Positions 62,593 through 64,000 of a stretch of DNA of 64,000 nucleotides are shown here, piece by piece. The number at the start of each line of letters is the position of its first letter. Position 1 is the first letter of the stretch. The notes under the pieces were generated by a model. It searched no databases. It saw only the letters and a list, made by a program, of their open reading frames with translations, and was not told the DNA's origin. The translations under genes and the position numbers were made by a program. The stretch spans positions 2,880,001 to 2,944,000 of the forward strand of contig OZ241875.1 of NCBI GenBank assembly GCA_965203325.1, read 5' to 3'. Origin of the DNA: a bacterium (GTDB taxonomy: Bacteria > UBA8248).

Positions 62593-62747
62593 AAACCAAC
62601 CCCCCTACCCCCCTTGTCAGGGGGGCAAACGCGAGTGATGAACGAGCGTTTGCATGAGCCATTGACGAGAAACACATCGTCTTGCAAAACCTCCCTCTTC
62701 GGTCGGTTTTGACCCCTGACAAGGGGGGGTAGGGGGGGTTGGTTTCA
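62593..62747. repeat. Second MITE-like element with the same terminal repeats
   Basis: AAACCAACCCCCCTACCCCCCTTGTCAGGGG ... CCCCTGACAAGGGGGGGTAGGGGGGGTTGGTTT; internal sequence differs from the first copy. Confidence 0.8.
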
Positions 62748-62823
62748 AGACGAGGGAGGACTAGGGACGCAAAATACCTCATCCCGAGTAGGCCCCGAAG
62801 GGGCCGTATCGAGGGGCCCCCCG

Positions 62824-64000
62824 TCAATCCTTCCGGTCGAGGGCCATCAGCAGGGTCGGCAGAAGCAGGAAATCGGCCAGGAGCGCGAAGGAGATCGTGA
62901 TCGCCACCATCAGGCCGAGCGCCCAGCTGACCTCGAACCCCGATGAGGCGAACACCAGAAAACCGAGTGACAAGACCGCGGTCGTGGTCCACAGCGCATG
63001 GCCCACCGTGCGGAATACGGCGCGCACGGACTCGGTCGCGGAGAGGCCCTCGCGGCGGAATCTCAGATACTTGCTCAAGAAGTGGATCGTGTCGTCCACG
63101 ATGATCCCGAATGCGATGGCGGTCATCACCGAGCCGGCGAGACCCAGGCGGCCGACCAGATGGCCCCACAGGCCGAAGGTCATGGCGGCGGGGAGGAAGT
63201 TCGGCACGAGGCTGATGAGACCGATGCGCACGTTCTTGAAGACCAGGATGAGAATGAGTGAAATGAGGGCCATCGCGATTATCGTGCCGCGCAGCATGCT
63301 GTGGATGTTCCTGAGCGTGAGGTGAGCGAAGACCATGGTGATCCCCGACGCCTCGGCCGCGAACTCGGGTATGTTGGCGCGGAGCCAGGCTTGCGCGTGT
63401 TCGTCGAAATCGCGCTGGTCCTTGGAGGATAGGCTGCGGATCACGACGGTCATGCGCGTCGTGGATTTCGCGACGTCGATGCGGTTGTTCAGGTCCATGC
63501 CGAAGGGGAGCGAAAACTCGTAGAGCAGCAGATATTGCGCGGCGAGCCTGGGGTCGTCGGGGATTTTGTAGAAGGCCGGGTCGTCGCCGTGCATGTTCTT
63601 GTTCAGGCGCTTCATGACGTCCGGGAAGGCCCTCACGTGGCTCACCTTGGGCTGCTTCCGGCACCATTCGGCGAAAGCCTCGACTTTCTTCAGGTACTCA
63701 GGATCGGTGATGCCGCCCTCGCGCCCCGATTTGAGCGAGTATTCCAGCGAATCCAGGCCGGTCAGGTTCTCGAACACGAAATCCGTATCGCGGCGGAACT
63801 CGTAGCGCTCGTCGAAGTAGTGCGCCCACCGCTCGGTGAGCTCGTTGCGGGGAATGCCGCTGATGAGAACGAGCGTCAGAACCGCGACGAACGCGAGCAG
63901 AACCGCACGGCGCTCGACGACGAAGGCGCCGAGGCGGTCGAAAACGGAGGATTTCTCGGGCGGAATCCGGCGCGCGCGCAGCGGGAGGATCGAAAGCAGC
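62824..64000 (-). CDS. MMPL/RND-family transporter (C-terminal part; start beyond right edge)
   Basis: Frame open to 64000; GIIVDDTIHF, SLVPN, ADFLLLPTLL. Confidence 0.9.
   Translation of the reverse strand, partial: LLSILPLRARRIPPEKSSVFDRLGAFVVERRAVLLAFVAVLTLVLISGIPRNELTERWAHYFDERYEFRRDTDFVFENLTGLDSLEYSLKSGREGGITDPEYLKKVEAFAEWCRKQPKVSHVRAFPDVMKRLNKNMHGDDPAFYKIPDDPRLAAQYLLLYEFSLPFGMDLNNRIDVAKSTTRMTVVIRSLSSKDQRDFDEHAQAWLRANIPEFAAEASGITMVFAHLTLRNIHSMLRGTIIAMALISLILILVFKNVRIGLISLVPNFLPAAMTFGLWGHLVGRLGLAGSVMTAIAFGIIVDDTIHFLSKYLRFRREGLSATESVRAVFRTVGHALWTTTAVLSLGFLVFASSGFEVSWALGLMVAITISFALLADFLLLPTLLMALDRKD

Overview
GC-rich bacterial chromosomal window, mostly housekeeping and transport genes. 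Left part: an alpha/beta hydrolase, queG, a DedA/TVP38 protein, an AEC transporter, a VOC-fold enzyme, a DUF5678-like/retropepsin pair (the protease is frameshifted), a D-2-hydroxyacid dehydrogenase, two ABC transporter operons, two paralogous zincin lipoproteins and a PLP-dependent histidine/serine decarboxylase with an ACT protein. Centre: two tandem, divergent complex I operons, a complete nuoA-N (22059-36725) and a second set ABCD-H-JKLMN that lacks nuoEFG and nuoI (36895-46524). Right part: a repeat-bounded AT-richer cassette, a HAD hydrolase, an AIR-synthase-like gene, tRNA-Phe, an OsmC-like selenoprotein candidate (in-frame UGA plus SECIS-like hairpin), a DinB-like protein, TauE, a 1718-aa exonuclease-RecQ-UvrD fusion, an orphan xanthine-dehydrogenase-type Mo subunit between MITE-like repeats and a partial MMPL transporter. 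The most striking unexplained signal is a ~520-nt non-coding segment (about 4875-5391). It has a promoter-like start, perfect 16-bp and 15-bp helices, several putative pseudoknots and a terminator-like end, and is a candidate large structured ncRNA that I cannot assign to a known class. All calls come from motif reading by eye; no database searches were run.
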